Shown: one piece after another, positions 38,881 to 52,932 of the stretch
Layout: every line of letters starts with the position of its first letter
Numbering within the stretch: the stretch's first letter is position 1
Notes under the pieces: generated by a model
What the model saw: only the letters and a program-made list of their open reading frames with translations
The model's database searches: none
What the model was told of the DNA's origin: nothing
Program-made: the position numbers and the translations under genes
Origin: Paraspadella gotoi
Lineage: Eukaryota > Animalia > Chaetognatha
Assembly: GCA_051294375.1 (NCBI GenBank)
Contig: CM119269.1
Location: forward strand, 13,752,726-13,816,725
Direction of reading: 5' to 3'
Length of the DNA stretch: 64,000 nucleotides

Positions 38881-41800
38881 TAAATTAAAATCATATAAAT
38901 ATTAATAAAAATAATAGATTATAAAATAAAATAAACAAATATATAAATACATATCAATCAAATAATCAAAAAATAAAAAATAAATATACTTATTTAAAAA
39001 AATAAAAAATATATATAAAAGAATGTAAAACTATAAATTAGCATATATAAATAAATAATCCAAATAACAGGAATAAAAACACAAAGCAATCCCAAAATAA
39101 ACATAAATCTATTTAATTCCATTATATAAATTTAAAATACTAATTTCAATTTAATAGTAAATAATAAAATCACAAACATATCCTAGGCAAATATAATTAA
39201 AAGAAACAAAAAAATAAAATAATTTATAAAACTATAAAATAACATAATAAAATACATTTTAATTAAATATATAAAAAATCAGAAATTTATAAAAAAATAA
39301 CGCAAAATATATAACATAACTAGATAAATAAATAATACTATGATAATAATGAATAATTCAAAAAAAAACATCAAATAAAAATCATAAAAAAAAGAATAAA
39401 ATGAAAAAAACAAATAACATATAAACATTCATAACTATATTAAAAATATTTAGTATATCGCATAAAAAAATAATAATATATCATCACAAATAATAAATAT
39501 ATGAAAAATAATAATCAGCATTAAAAAAAATTAATTATAATAATACATAAACATTCAAAACAATAATAAAAATTCAATAATCATTAAAAAAAAATAAAAA
39601 AAAACAGTATATTAATCCATAAATAAATCAACTTAATCATCAATTGAAATAAATACAAAATATGAAAAGAAATATAAAATAAATCAAACAAAATATACAA
39701 TTAATATAAGAAAATGAAATATAATAATAATAAAAAATAACTAAAAGTCATAATATATAAATGATTTAAATCAATACTTGATAATAAGAATCATTAATAT
39801 ATATCTATATATAAAAGTATAATATAAATAATAAAAAAAATTTAAGATATATATATAAATCCATGATAAATAAAGGATATATATACAATAATGTATAACA
39901 CAAATAAAATCACAATATAAATTATATTAAAATAATCCAAATGAAAGAAAATATTATAAATCCCTCAATATATAATCAAAATTCCCTAAAAAATAATAGA
40001 AAATAATCAAATCATTCAAGAAAAATATAAGCATTAAATATATTAAAAATATATCCAATATAATCAACTAAAAAAATATATAATATCATATAAACAAAAA
40101 TAAAAATCAAGAATCTATCATAATCATACAAAGATAAATCCATATAAAAAATCCCAAAACATCATATTTAAAAATTTATCAAATAAAATAAATCCTATAA
40201 ATAAATAAAATAATTCAAATTGAAATATAAAAAAAAGTATATAAAAAATTCTTAAAATAAAAAATAATCATCCATAATTAATAAAAGACAAATAATAATC
40301 ATAGAATCTAATATTCTTAAAATGAATATATAACAAAAATATTCAAAAATAAAAAAAATAAAAATATAACTAATATAAAAATTCAATTATGATATAATAA
40401 TAATAAAAACAAAACTATATTAATATAATAACTTATATCAATTTTATAATAAAACAATATCCAATATATAAAATAACAATATGAAATCATCCATAAACAA
40501 AAAAAATCAAATATCATAGTTAAATATATTATATATATAAAGAAGAATCAATAATAACATTATACAATACATATTAATAAAAAATTAAAAATGATATATG
40601 AAAAATATAAACCAAATATATAAAAAATATAATTAATAATAAAATATAAATATAATAATACAATAATAATATATATGAAATTATAATATCAAATAAATGA
40701 TAAAAAAATAAATCAATAAAAAATTTATAATAACAAAAATATTAAAAAAATAATAAATAAAAATAATTCATCTTCAAATAATAAATATATTAGATGAAAA
40801 ATAAAATACTAAAAAAAAGTAAAATTATATACCATAAAATCAAAAAATAAATCATCAATAAAAATATATGTTATAATTCAAATATAAAAATAAAAAACAA
40901 AAAATAACAAATAAACAGTAATATCATCACTCATAATATAAAGAATTTAGAATACAAAAAATCTGTATTAATATCCAGATTAAAATAAAATATACATAAA
41001 AAAATTCATTATAAAATAATCAATAAAAAAAAGAATAAATAATATGAAAATTGATAATATTAAAATATAAAGATTAATTATAATAACTAATATAACACCA
41101 ATCCAATTAAAAATAAATAAATATCATAATACATAAATAAATAAAATATAATTCATAATAATAGACTCAAATAAAATAAAATAATAATTATACAATATAT
41201 TAATCATTTAAAATATTAAAGAAAAATATAAATAGAATCATAAATTCATTTATAATTATACATATATAATTAATAAAGATTAAAAAATAGAAAAATAATT
41301 AATATACATCCCTAATATATAATAAATCTTATATTCAAAATCTTAGATTACAGAATATAGAAATATAAAATATAATAAGATTCTAATTTACAAATAATTA
41401 GAAATAATAATAAAATCTAATATTATTAAAAAAAATATACATATAATATAGAATATAATAAAAATGATATAAATATCAAATATTAATTATTAAATCCATT
41501 CTCAATAATAATAACTGATAGCAAATCAAGAATATGAATATATGAATAACAGTGGGAGGCAGGGGGTAGGGTGAGCGCACGGATGTAATATAAAGTAAAA
41601 ACAATTTACCATATAAGACCAAAACTTCAAAATAATAATCTTATATGAATATAATAAATTATACTCCCAAATAAATATAAAAGATAATTGATAAAAAAAT
41701 CAATCACTAAACTTATATAATAGTCAAAACATATATAAATTCATAATGATTAACTAAATAATCCATTAAATAATCAATTCATGAATTATATATAATGAAT

Positions 41801-43165
41801 TCATATAATTAAATAAATACAATTAAATATAATAGAAATAATAAAATAAATATAAAATATAAATAATCATATCTATATATTAATATATCCAGACATTCAA
41901 ATAAATACACAACAAAATATATAAAATAATAAAATAAAAAAAAACAATATTATCATATGAAATATATGATCATCAATAATAATAAAAAAATCAAAAAATA
42001 ACGCAATTATAAAATAAAAGATCATTATGAAAAATCTTCAAAATATCAATATCGATCAATTACATATAATTACAGATTCTCAGTAATAAAAAATTAAAAT
42101 AAAAATTTTAATCACATCAAAATAAATAGATTAAATCTAAAGATCAAAAGAAATAAAATTAAATAAATAATCTAAAATATAAGGAAAAAAATAAATATAA
42201 AAAAATAATATAAAAAAAATCTAATTCACAAAGAAAAAAAAAACAAAAAAAAAAAAAAAAAATCAAAGTCAATGACAATATAAGAAATAAAATATATCCA
42301 TAAAATATATTCAAAAAATATAAAATAGATAAGAAAATGAATAAAAAAAAAAATATCAAAACAACACAAAACAAAATATCATATAATATCAACATCAAAA
42401 TAAATCCACATTAAATATAATAAATACAAAATAAATAATAAATTTGAAATATATGATTATACATAAACAAATACCAAAATAGATAGAAAAACATTAATAA
42501 TAAGAATTATATAATATAATAAAAATAAAATCCAATTAACTAAAAAATAAAAAAAAAAAAAATGAGAAATAACAGAAACATAATATAAAAAGATATAATT
42601 AACAAAAATTAAACCAAAAAAAAAAATAAAAAGAATCATGATATTAATTAATATAATTATAATGAATTTACAGATATAAATACATTAAAAAAACTAAACA
42701 AATAAAAAATCATATAAATCAAATTATGAGATAATGACAATTATACATATAATAAATAGTAAAAATTATAAATAATACATCAAATAATATTAACAAAATT
42801 AAAAATATATAAATATAAAAAAAAATATCTACAAAATAAATATTAATAAAAATTTGATAAATATAAATCGAATAAGTTACAATACACATATACTAATAAA
42901 ACTTCATCAATAGATACTGATAAATATAATCATATCAAAAATACAAAAACCCAATCATACTTATAAATAAAAAATAAAAAATAAAAACAAAAGATAAAAA
43001 TCAAATTAATCCATAACAAATATTTGAATTAATCATAAACAAATATAAATTAAAAAAATTAATATAATAATAAAATATAAACTAATATCATAATTCAAAA
43101 CATCTATAATACACAATATAACATATAAATCATACAAAAAAAACAATAAATAAAAGTATATATGT
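38881..43165. other. ~4.3 kb aperiodic A-rich, G-depleted sequence, most likely low-quality long-read sequence
   Basis: Extreme A>T and C>G skew, no periodicity, no credible ORFs, abrupt edges. Confidence 0.75.
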
Positions 43166-43598
43166 ATCGTGCGGCTTAGTTGGTGGAGAAGGGCGCTCCA
43201 CCTACATGCTTTTTTTTTTTAAAATGTTGCCCCCGAATTCCAAAAATAGGCTAGGAAGGGAGGTCCGAATCGTCCTGCCATCAGCGGTTCAGAGAGGGCT
43301 CGAGGGCTTTGATGTAAATCGCCTCTCTGAGAGAGAGAGAGAAGGAGATATAAAATAAAATAGAGGATGTTTGTTTGTTTTGATAAAATTTAAACAAAAC
43401 ATTTAATAACTGTCCTGACTCAATTTTAAGGACATCGATGATGACAAGCTAAATAAAAATTATAATTAATTATTAAAATTAATTAATTAATTAATTAATC
43501 GATTAATTAATTAATATCGTAGGCAGATCCGACATTGTTTGCTCAAACTTGTTTTTTATTTATACTATATATAATACCAAATTGACTTTTTATAATAA

Positions 43599-45593
43599 AA
43601 CAAGTTTGAGCAAACAATGTTGGATCTGCCCACGATCATTATCGGTAATTAATTAATTCAAGTTAATTAATTGTTTAATTGATTAATAATTAATTTATTC
43701 AAGTTAATTATTTAAACAATTTGGCAATTAATTAATTAATTTGATCCGAAATGTTTGTTTTGATTGATTAATCGACTGATTAATTAATTATTGATTAATT
43801 AATTGACTAATTGATTAATTACCTGATTAATTATTTGATTAATTAATACATCTTGTATTTACATTTAAAAGAAAAAGAAAAAGAAGCATAATCAATTAGT
43901 GAAACAGGTTCTTTGTTTTTTCCATTCAAACTCATTTCCACTCAAATGATTCTATCGAAACTTGATTTCCAGTTTAATCACACACTTTTCTACGTAAATA
44001 CAAAATTTCAAGTCAATTGCCCCATCCACTTAAGAGTAATTGGCATTCCAATATAAAATATATTTTTTTGTTTTTTCCATTTAAACTCTTTTCTACTTGA
44101 ACAATTTCATCGAAACTTCATATCCAGCTCAATCACACACTTCCCTACCCATAGACAAAATTTCATTCCAATCCATCCATCCAATCACGAGTAATTGGTA
44201 TTTTTTGTTAAGGTGGGACGGACGGACGGACATTGTTTTTTTTTGCATAATTTATCATAATTCGATGTTCTGAAGTGTGTTCCGATAACCGTTAACTGTT
44301 AACGGTTATTAACGGTTAAAAATAATTTTAACTTAACCGTTAATATATTCATTTTAACGGTTAAATTCGGTTAATTTTCAAATGTGATTTTTTTCATATT
44401 TTGGTAGAAATCTTTAAATTTAAAAAAAAAACTATTTTTTTCTGTTCTCTCCTCTCCCCTTCTTACCATATTTTTACCCCTCTCTCTCTTCTCCAATTTT
44501 TTCCTGCTTTTTTCCTTTGTTATTTTCTCCTTTTTTCTATCCTCATCTCTCTCTTATTCTTCTCCCCTTTATTTACCTCCTCCTGTTTCTTTCTTTTTCT
44601 TTCTCACTTTTCCCTTTTTCTTTCCCCCTTTCTTTTTTCTCCTTTTTTCGCCCTTTGCTTTTGCCTTTTTCCTTTTTTTTGCCCTTTCATGCAATAATAT
44701 GTATTCAATTAGCTAAAAATAAATAATCCCTTCTATTTTACTTTTTCTCTCTTTTTCTTTCCCTCTTTAAAATTAACAAAGAAGCAAATGAAATAAAACC
44801 GAATGAATGAAAAAAATGAATAAAAAACCAAATAAAAAATTATTATAAAAGATTTAAAAATTAATAATAGAAGGAACGAATCTTAAAAAGACATAAAAAA
44901 AGAATAATGATGATATACTTTTTAATTAAACTGAAAAATATATTTATTAATCAATAAATATTTTGATCAATCGATAATCAACCAGTCTATCAATAAATTA
45001 AAATTTATATTTATATTTATGGTCAATGACCATTGTTCATAGTTTATGAAAGACTAACAACAGAAAACAAGCGTTTAAGAAACTAACAACTACAAAAATA
45101 ATGGGGAATAGAAAGAAGTAGAGAAAGAAAAAGAGAAAGCAAAAGAGAGAAAAGAAAAACAAAATATAGAATTAGAATTTGATGGTATCTTTCGTTTTGT
45201 TGTGTTATGATATTAGCAAAAATATTTGTTTTGTTATAACAACAATTTTATTTGACATAAGAAATAGACATGTTCGACTCTGTTTCAAGTCTTTATCAGC
45301 GCATTCAAGAGCCAGAGTTAAAGAGAAAATACCATTAAATACTTTATTTTGTTTTAAATCTTAATATTTTAAATTTAAAGTTAAATTATAAAATTAACCG
45401 ATCTTAACGGTTAACCGTTAAAAATGTTAGTTTTAACGGTTAAGCGAATTTCCTAAAAAATTAACGGTTATCGGAACTCTAGTTCTGACATGATATAAGT
45501 GAATGCCGACAGAATGACGGGGGCGGACCGACGGACCGACAAAGTGAATTATAGAGATATAGATATAGATCTGCTTTCAACAGATCCGACTTA
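43599..45593 (-). mobile_element. HINE (Helentron/DINE-1-like) copy inserted in intron 2 sequence, with nested hAT MITE
   Basis: Termini aacaagtttgagcaaac... and ...cagatccgactt; (ggac)n microsatellite. It interrupts ataaaa/aattgaataagtgg, which is contiguous at ~47772 and ~53975. A further plus-strand 3' end lies at ~43440-43552. Confidence 0.8.
44275..45481. mobile_element. hAT-type MITE
   Basis: TIR gtgttccgataaccgttaa / ttaacggttatcggaactcta; TSD gttctgaa/gttctgac. The empty site is visible in the HINE at ~48540. Confidence 0.8.
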
Positions 45594-46160
45594 AAATTGA
45601 ATAAGTGGTAAGTAGTTATATATTCACACATTAAAAGTATATTTTTGAAAAGTGAACGAAATGAAAATAGGATGAGTCTGTATCAGATGTGTGGCTACAG
45701 AAAAGTAAAAAGTTTTAACAAAACTTGTCCAGAAAATCGATCAGTTAAGTTGGACCAAAAAAATGATAAAAATGTCTACGCGTGTAAGCGCTGCTGTAAT
45801 CACATTTTTAGGCAAATTGAACTTTTGGTCAATATAAATATCAAATTGTTTTCTAACAAATGAATGTGATAAAAAGCAGAAAGAATTAAGAGTTTAATAA
45901 AGTTTTTTCGTATCACACCAGATTTAAGTCCCTGTACAAAACAAAGTAGAATGAATTAAATAACAAACAAAGATAAAAATATCAGTTTTCCCTAATTCCT
46001 GCATGAGGAGGCCAGCTCAAAATCTTTTAAAACAATATATTTGTAAATTTGATTATTTCATACATCACACTGAATTAATTGGAAATAATTGGAACAGTGA
46101 GAATTTCTTAAGTACTTATCTCTGTCCTGTGAATTTGATTTAATTGCCATTCTTCATCAG

Positions 46161-46409
46161 GAAGCTTTACGCGAGATTGTGTGGCCCATTGCAAAAAAAG
46201 ACATGGTTGCTCACGACAGCTACACTTGTCTTTTATTCAAAAACAAGCTGAATCGTCCATGGCCAACGCAGCGAATTCCCATAGAATTCCTTCCATATAA
46301 AAATGAATCAAACTTTGTTGGCGCCATTTGGTTCCTCTCATTAAAAGGCACTGGTGAATGTCCAAAAGAATGCCGACCAAAAAAACATCAGGATTGGCTC
46401 ATGTGTTAA
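46161..46409 (+). CDS. Last exon of a glycosyltransferase-like paralog (copy A)
   Basis: catcag acceptor; 249 nt EALREIVWPIAKKDMVAHDSYTC...CPKECRPKKHQDWLMC*. Confidence 0.85.
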   Translation, partial: EALREIVWPIAKKDMVAHDSYTCLLFKNKLNRPWPTQRIPIEFLPYKNESNFVGAIWFLSLKGTGECPKECRPKKHQDWLMC

Positions 46410-47064
46410 GTTATATTGAACTATGGGAAGAACAAGAAACTAAAGCACATAAGTACAAGATAGGATACATGTCCTCTTGTGCCCCCTTAATTTTTTGTAT
46501 TTGATATAACAATATCAACCAAGATAAAAAAATTAAAAATTTGTTAGCCCAATTTCTCCATTCTATTTTGTTTAATGAACAATGAACAATGTTCATATTA
46601 CTTTTTTAATTGAATTAATAATAATTTATTAAATAAATATCAACCATTTTGTTCTGGCTTAATCATTCAAAACTTGAAATAATAGAATTTAAATATCAAA
46701 ATTATTAGCTAATTTTTATTAATTTTTCTTCTTTTTAACACGGTTCCTTTTTACATCAATTTAATCGGCACTGAGTGAACAAGAATGAGATGTCTCGGGA
46801 TACGTTTTCTGACTTTTGGGCTACACAAAAAAAGGGTAATAAAATATTTCCTAATGACAGTTTTTTTAAAAATTAATTTTAAAATTACCTATACAAAATC
46901 AATAAAGTAAAATAAAAAAAAATAAAAATGGTTGCAATTTTTTAAAAATTGAAAGTATTATGCGTTATCCATAATCTATAACCAATTTCATTTTGTTTGA
47001 GTCCTTAACCTTTATTTTATGTTTAATAGTTTATTTGTAAATAATTTTTCTTTATTAAAATATT

Positions 47065-47418
47065 CTTTTAACTTTTTTCAAATGTTTTGCGATTACTCCT
47101 TCCTTTGTGGTAAGTCTGCAGTGCTTGGCCAGTTCTTGTGGCATGTTGAACGTGCGGGATAAAATCATCTTCTTCGGCACTGCTACCGTCATCGTTGTTT
47201 TAGAGTTTTGGCTTTGTTTTGTTTGGGTCCCGCCAATACGTCCAGTTGCCCTTGGGTGCCGGAATGGGCGGTATATTTTTCTCGGCGGGGGCGGAGTCAG
47301 AGGTGGAGGGTACGGGGTCCATTTGGGATGGCGTGGTCGTTGTTGTGCACTTTGGCTTCTCGGAGGAGTGGTGAGTCTTGCCCAGAAGTCCTGTCACCAC
47401 ATTGAAGGAAAAACTCAT
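47065..47418 (-). pseudogene. Short intronless ORF with one in-frame stop, product unknown
   Basis: MSFSFNVVTGLLGK...GNWTYWRDPNKTKPKL*NNDDGSSAEEDDFIPHVQH...TFEKS*; an AATAAA follows. Confidence 0.4.
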
Positions 47419-47499
47419 GGATTTTTAAGACGAAATCGAATGTGATTTATTCTGAGAATAATAATAGTGATGGTGAGACAAACACAGGAGTCCAGATCA

Positions 47500-47640
47500 A
47501 TTCTACTGAAACTAAGGAAAGCTAGGTCTATTTATATCTAGAGAAGAGGATCAGAGGCAAGAGTGATTTTGACAGTTCCATTGATTCTGCAAGCTGATTG
47601 GTTGATGCCATTCTCTCCTTGACCAATCACGATCCAATGA
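47500..47640 (-). promoter_or_regulatory. TATA + Inr + CCAAT core promoter
   Basis: Minus-strand TATAAAT starting at 47536; TCAGT initiator with A at 47507 (29 nt spacing); several CCAAT/ATTGG at 47595-47640. Confidence 0.6.
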
Positions 47641-48439
47641 TTCGAAATCTGCGGATTTTATCCGATCCTCTGATCCTATTTTGATTCCGGTTCTGATTTA
47701 TATTTGATTTCCCTTTTGGTGAGGTTGAGTCTCCTGCGATGTTATATATAATACCAAATTGACTTTTTATCATAAAAAATTGAATAAGTGGTTAGAAGGT
47801 ATATATTCATACATTAAAAGTATATTTTTGAAAAGTAAACACAATGAAAAAAGGATGGACCTGTATCAAATGTGTGGCTGCAGAAAAGTAAAAAGTTTTA
47901 ACAAAACTCGTCCAGAAAATTGATCGGTAACGTGGGAACAAAAAAAAGATAAAAATATCTACGCGTGTAAGCGCTGCTGTGATCATATTTTTGGGCAATT
48001 TGAACTTTTGGTCAACATAAACATCCAATAGTTTTCTAACAAATGAATGTTATAAAAACCTATAACCAAAATGAATTAAGAGTTTAATAAAGTATTTTCT
48101 TATCAGATTTAAGTCCCTGTACAAAAAAAAGTAGAATGAATTGAATAACAAACAATTTTTTGAGACACAGAGTCAAAAAGAAAAATATCAGTTTTCCAAT
48201 AAAGAATTCCTTAATTTAAAAATATACCTCTGAGGCGCAATAAAATGAATCTCCTTAGGTGTCCCCCTTAGGTACAAAGGTTTTTTGGTAGTTTTCTTTT
48301 CACCCAGACACTGCCTCTTAGCAACATGAGGAGGCCAGCTCAAAATCTTTTAAAACAGTTTTGCTGCATATATTTGTAAATTTGATTTTTTCATACTTCA
48401 CACTGAATTAATTGGAATTAATTGGAACAGTGAGAATTT

Positions 48440-49221
48440 TTAGTCGGATCTGCTTTCAGCAGATCCCGACTCTATAATTCACTTTGTCGGTCCGTTGGTC
48501 CGCCCCCTCAATCTTGTCGGGCATTCACTTATATCATGTCAGAACATCGAATTACGATAAATTATGCTAAAAAAAGATGTCCTCCGTCCATCCATCCGTC
48601 CGTCCCACCTTAGCAAAAAATACCAATTACTTGTGATTGGATGGATGGATTGGAGTGAAATTTTGTGTGTAGGTAGGGAAGTGTGTGATTGAGCTGGATA
48701 TGAAGTTTCGATGGAATCATCCGAGTGGAAATGAGTTTAAATGGAAAAAAACAAAAAAATATATTTCACTATTTGAACACCAATTACTCATGAGTGGATG
48801 GGGCGATTGACTTGAAATTTTGTATTTGGGTAGAAAAGTGTGTGATTAAACTGGAAATCAAGTTTCGATGGAATCGTTTGAGTGGAGATGAGTTTAAATG
48901 GAAAAAACAAAGAATCTGTTTCACGAATTGATTATGCTTCTTTTTATTTTTATTTTAAATGTAAATGCAAGATGTATTAATTAGTCAAATAATTAATTAG
49001 TTAATTAATCAATTAGTCAATTAATTAATCAATAATTAATTTATCAGTTAGTTATTCATTCAAAACAAACATTTTGGATCAAATTAATTGCATAATTGCA
49101 TAATTAATTAATTAACTTGAATAAATTAATTATTAATTAAATAATTAATTATTTATTAATTAATTAATTAATTACCAATAATGATCGTGGACAGATCCGA
49201 CATTGTTTGCTCAAACTTGTT
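48440..49221 (+). mobile_element. Full-length HINE (Helentron/DINE-1-like non-autonomous element)
   Basis: 5' TTTTAGTCGGATCTGCTTTCAGCAGATCCCGAC hairpin/subTIR; (GTCC)n microsatellite; 3' subTIR AGATCCGAC, GTTTG-CT-CAAAC hairpin and CTTGTT end. Inserted in a T-run; empty site gagaatttcttaagtac at 46099 and 54645. Confidence 0.85.
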
Positions 49222-49273
49222 TAAGTACTTATCTCTGTCCTGTGAATTTGATTTAATTGACCTTCTTTATCAG

Positions 49274-49522
49274 GAAGCTCTACGCGAGATAGTGTGGCCC
49301 ATTGCAAAAAAAGACATGGTCGCTCATGACAGCTACACTTGTCTTTTATTCAAAAACAAGCTGAATCGTCCATGGCCAACCCAGCGAATTCCCAGTGAAT
49401 TCCATCCATATAAAAATGAATCAAACTTTGTTGGCGCCATTTGGTTGCTCTCGTTAAAAGAAACTGGCGAATGTCCAAAAGAATGCCGACCAAAAAATCA
49501 TCAGGAGTGGCTCATGTGTTAA
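49274..49522 (+). CDS. Last exon of a glycosyltransferase-like paralog (copy B, no upstream exons nearby)
   Basis: tatcag acceptor; 249 nt open frame ending HQEWLMC*. Confidence 0.85.
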   Translation, partial: EALREIVWPIAKKDMVAHDSYTCLLFKNKLNRPWPTQRIPSEFHPYKNESNFVGAIWLLSLKETGECPKECRPKNHQEWLMC

Positions 49523-50236
49523 GCAGTATTGAAGTATAGGAAGAACAAGATAGGATACATGACCTCTTGTGCCCCCTTAATTTTTTGTATTTGATATAAG
49601 AATATCCACCAAGATAAAAAAATAAAAATTTGTTCCCTAAATTTTTCCATTCTATTTTGTTTAATGAACAATGAACGATGTTCATATTACTTTTTTAATT
49701 GATTTAATAATAATTAATTGAATAAATAGCAACCATTTTGTTCTGGCTTAATCGTTCAAAACGTAAAATTTAAAAAAAATAAAAACAAAGTGAATTATAG
49801 AGTCGGGATCTCCTGAAAGCAGATCCGACTAAAAATAATAGAGAGAATACCCTTGGTAAACCTTAGTTACCCCACTTGCCGATCAAATTTTTAAACGAGG
49901 TTTTTTTTCATCTAATCTAGACATAACTATTGGTACTATTTATTTTTAATTTTTAATTGTCTTGATGCATGACGCAAAGATCACGTATGTATGCAAGTAT
50001 AAAATATCAACTTACTATCAAGTATTATATTAACTTTTTATGCAGTAATTTTTAAGTGAAGAGCATTTAAAATTAAGTAAGACCAACAGACAGACAGACT
50101 GACCATCGGACGGACCGAATAACCAATCAAAAAAAGAAATATAGAGTTGCTCTTCAAATACTTGGCACTTACAATTTTCACCAAACAACAAGGAGATTAA
50201 AAAAAATGTAATTCCCGTTGTTGAAAACGTTTTATA

Positions 50237-51172
50237 CAAGGTGACACACGACAGCCCGCCGCTAAAAAAAATTATTTGCAAACTTGTAAAAATTTTTTTC
50301 ATTTGAAAGATTTTTTCTGTAGTAAAAACCTAAATCATTTATATATTCAAATTTCATATTGATTGGTTATGATTTGACTTGGCAATGACAGGGAAAATGT
50401 TGCTTTAAAAATCGTCTTTCATTTTAAAACAAATCTTTTTTTTCAATCTTTTTGTTTAACTTTATGAACATTTTTTAAAGAACGTTTACATAAAACGGTA
50501 TCAATATTAATATATTCTGAAAGCTCATAAAAATTAGAAGAAAATGACATATTTAAAAATATTTTAAAATAAAAATAAGTTTCACCAGCTTTAGTTTAAT
50601 GAAGATAATCCAAATTGAAATAATAAAATCTTAAATTATATTTTTTCCAATATCTGATCTATTTTTACTATAATGATCTCACCAATTATTGTTTATATAG
50701 GTATCATAAAAAAGCTTAAGAAAAACTAAATTAAAATGGCTAACAATAATTTAATAATTATTCCAAAACTACTTTTTAAAAAAATTTAATTTAATAATTA
50801 TCTTAATTTTAATTACCTTTTTTTATTTAAACCTAGATGGGCTAATTTTTATATTACAGTATTTTTAATTATGTTATTCTCTTCATATTTTTAAGAGCTT
50901 TCAGAAGATATTAACATTGATACCTTTTTATATAAATATTTTTTAAAAAATGTTAAGAAAGTTGGACAAGCAAGTAGTTTTTAAATAAAAAACGATTTTG
51001 AAGGCAACTTTTCTTCGCTCATTGCAAAGTCAAATCAAAACCAATCAATATAAAATTTGGATATATAAATGATTTAGGTTTTTACTACAAAAAAATCTTT
51101 CAGATTAAAAAAGTCTTCACAAGTTTACAAATGACAATTTTTTTTAGGGGCGGGCTGTCGTGTGTCACCTTG
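50237..51172. mobile_element. Tc1/mariner-type MITE with long TIRs
   Basis: TA|CAAGGTGACACACGACAGCCCGCC ... GGCGGGCTGTCGTGTGTCACCTTG|TA; arms stay complementary for several hundred bp. Confidence 0.9.
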
Positions 51173-51814
51173 TATTTTGTCAACAGGTAATAATATATAA
51201 TATGAAAAAATTAAATAGCATGTGATTAAACAAAAGTTTGTGTCTGTTTCATACAGAATTTTTAATATCAGTATCTTTTTTATTTTATCAAAAGTAAGTA
51301 AATATAGCAGTCAGTATTACTAAAAATAAAAAAGTTATAAAATTATTATAATTGAGAAGGATACAACAGACCAGTAGCTATTAAAAACATCATTAACAAT
51401 TAATTAAAAATTATGTTTATTATGCTAAAAAAAAATTCAAAGTTATAAATTTTTTCATATATTTAATTTTATAAATTATTTATTTTCTATGTCGAAACAT
51501 AATCTTAAAAAACTTATTATATTTGTATATATATCAATGTAAAAAGAAATATTTGCATTTTTATTTTTATTAATACACTTATTTTATACAAAATTTAAAT
51601 TTAAATAATATATATCAATTCAAAACATTTTTATATAACTTTTTTAATAAAATTTATTTTATAATATAAAACATAATTTGATTAGTAAAAATTTTGTAAT
51701 CCTTTCTTTTTTTGTTGTTGTTTTAGTAGATTTAAGAGATACGAAAATTTCGTGGAACAACTGTAGTCGGGCATTGCCTAGGTTCACCTCGCCTAGAAGC
51801 ATATCACTTTAGGT

Positions 51815-52032
51815 TGTGACCCGGAGGCTCATTGAGTAAAGGTTTCAGTTTATAACCACTAGGTACCGGGTTCAATCCTAACCCTGGTACCAAGAAGCGT
51901 GAGGACGGCCGTAAGCCGCCTTGGGGGCATGGCAAACCCTCAAGCCTGGTTCCAAGCCCAGGGACCCGATCCATGGCTGCTAGAGGGGTTATAGAAGTTA
52001 CGGACAGTCATCATCAGCCCACGTATCCACAC
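51815..52032 (+). mobile_element. tRNA-derived SINE-like element
   Basis: A-box-like ggctcattgag and B-box ggttcaatcc; the 3' half recurs at ~58118-58218. Confidence 0.6.
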
Positions 52033-52054
52033 AAAGTTTTTATTGTGAATAAAA

Positions 52055-52102
52055 TTTGAGCATGTTTCGACTCCGTGGAATTCGAGTCTTCATCAGCTTT
52101 GA
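52055..52102 (-). ncRNA. Penelope-type minimal hammerhead ribozyme motif (possibly degenerate)
   Basis: Minus strand CTGATGA-A-GACTC-gaattccacg-GAGTC-GAAAC-ATG; related copies at ~45265-45300 and ~56898-56940. Confidence 0.6.
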
Positions 52103-52461
52103 AATCACAAACATTCACATTTCCAACTCTCTCTCTTACAAACTTAATAAAAACTTTGTTTTTCCACGAAATCTTCATATCTCTTAAAACATAATTTAAA
52201 AATTAAACAAGTAAAAACCTAGAACTGATTTAAATTTAATTTTTATTTTTATAATTTTTTTTAAAAATTGAATTTGAAATATAGTATCATAAATGGTAAG
52301 GACACTTTGAACATCTTTGACATTGTTATCTCAGAAATAAGATTTAAGAACACAGTTCCCTAAAATATGTAAAAGTTAACTGACTGTACCATTGTGACAC
52401 ACTTTCGTTAGTTTTTGTAGATAATAAATTATTATGAATTTGAGAGTACTAGTGTCATAAA

Positions 52462-52858
52462 TGTCTGACTTAAACTCTCGTCGTAATCCGTCGATCTTAT
52501 TTCCCTTTTTTAAAAGGGTTTAAAAATATTAACAATCAATATTTTTTTACAAACAATACAGTTCATCGTTATTTCATTACTTTGTTAATCATGATTTCAT
52601 TCGTTACAGATCGCATTAATGTTAATGAGCCATCGTTGGGGTTTAGTTTTGGTTTCATATTGGTCTCGCAATCATTTATATGGTTTACGTTGTTTGGATT
52701 GAGTGGCTAAGCCGAGCTTACCTGAGAGATCATTGCTATTGCTTACCGATGCTTGCTCCATTGCTTTCTTCTAGTTCCTGTTCTATAAAGACTCGTTAAA
52801 CCCTGCAATATTGATACTCTCAGAAGGGTGAGCAAGAGACAGAAAACCCCACTCATCA
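52462..52858. mobile_element. Solo LTR (397 bp)
   Basis: TG...CA termini and 5-bp TSD ATAAA; empty site gtgtc-ataaa-aagcg in the paralog at ~27606-27620. Confidence 0.75.
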
Positions 52859-52932
52859 ATAAAAAGCGTTTAATTCTGGCTCACCTCTTACCTAGGAATC
52901 ATATAATTAGACTGACATTATCTTTTAAAACC

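Noticed and set aside
38881-43165. Mitochondrial insertion, cryptic edited gene or novel satellite
   Set aside because: No periodicity and no recognisable mitochondrial protein, rRNA or tRNA; it resembles low-quality raw read sequence. Short-read coverage would settle it.
51815-51895. tRNA gene
   Set aside because: A/B boxes are present but there is no convincing cloverleaf, and it continues into a repeated body, so it is treated as a SINE.
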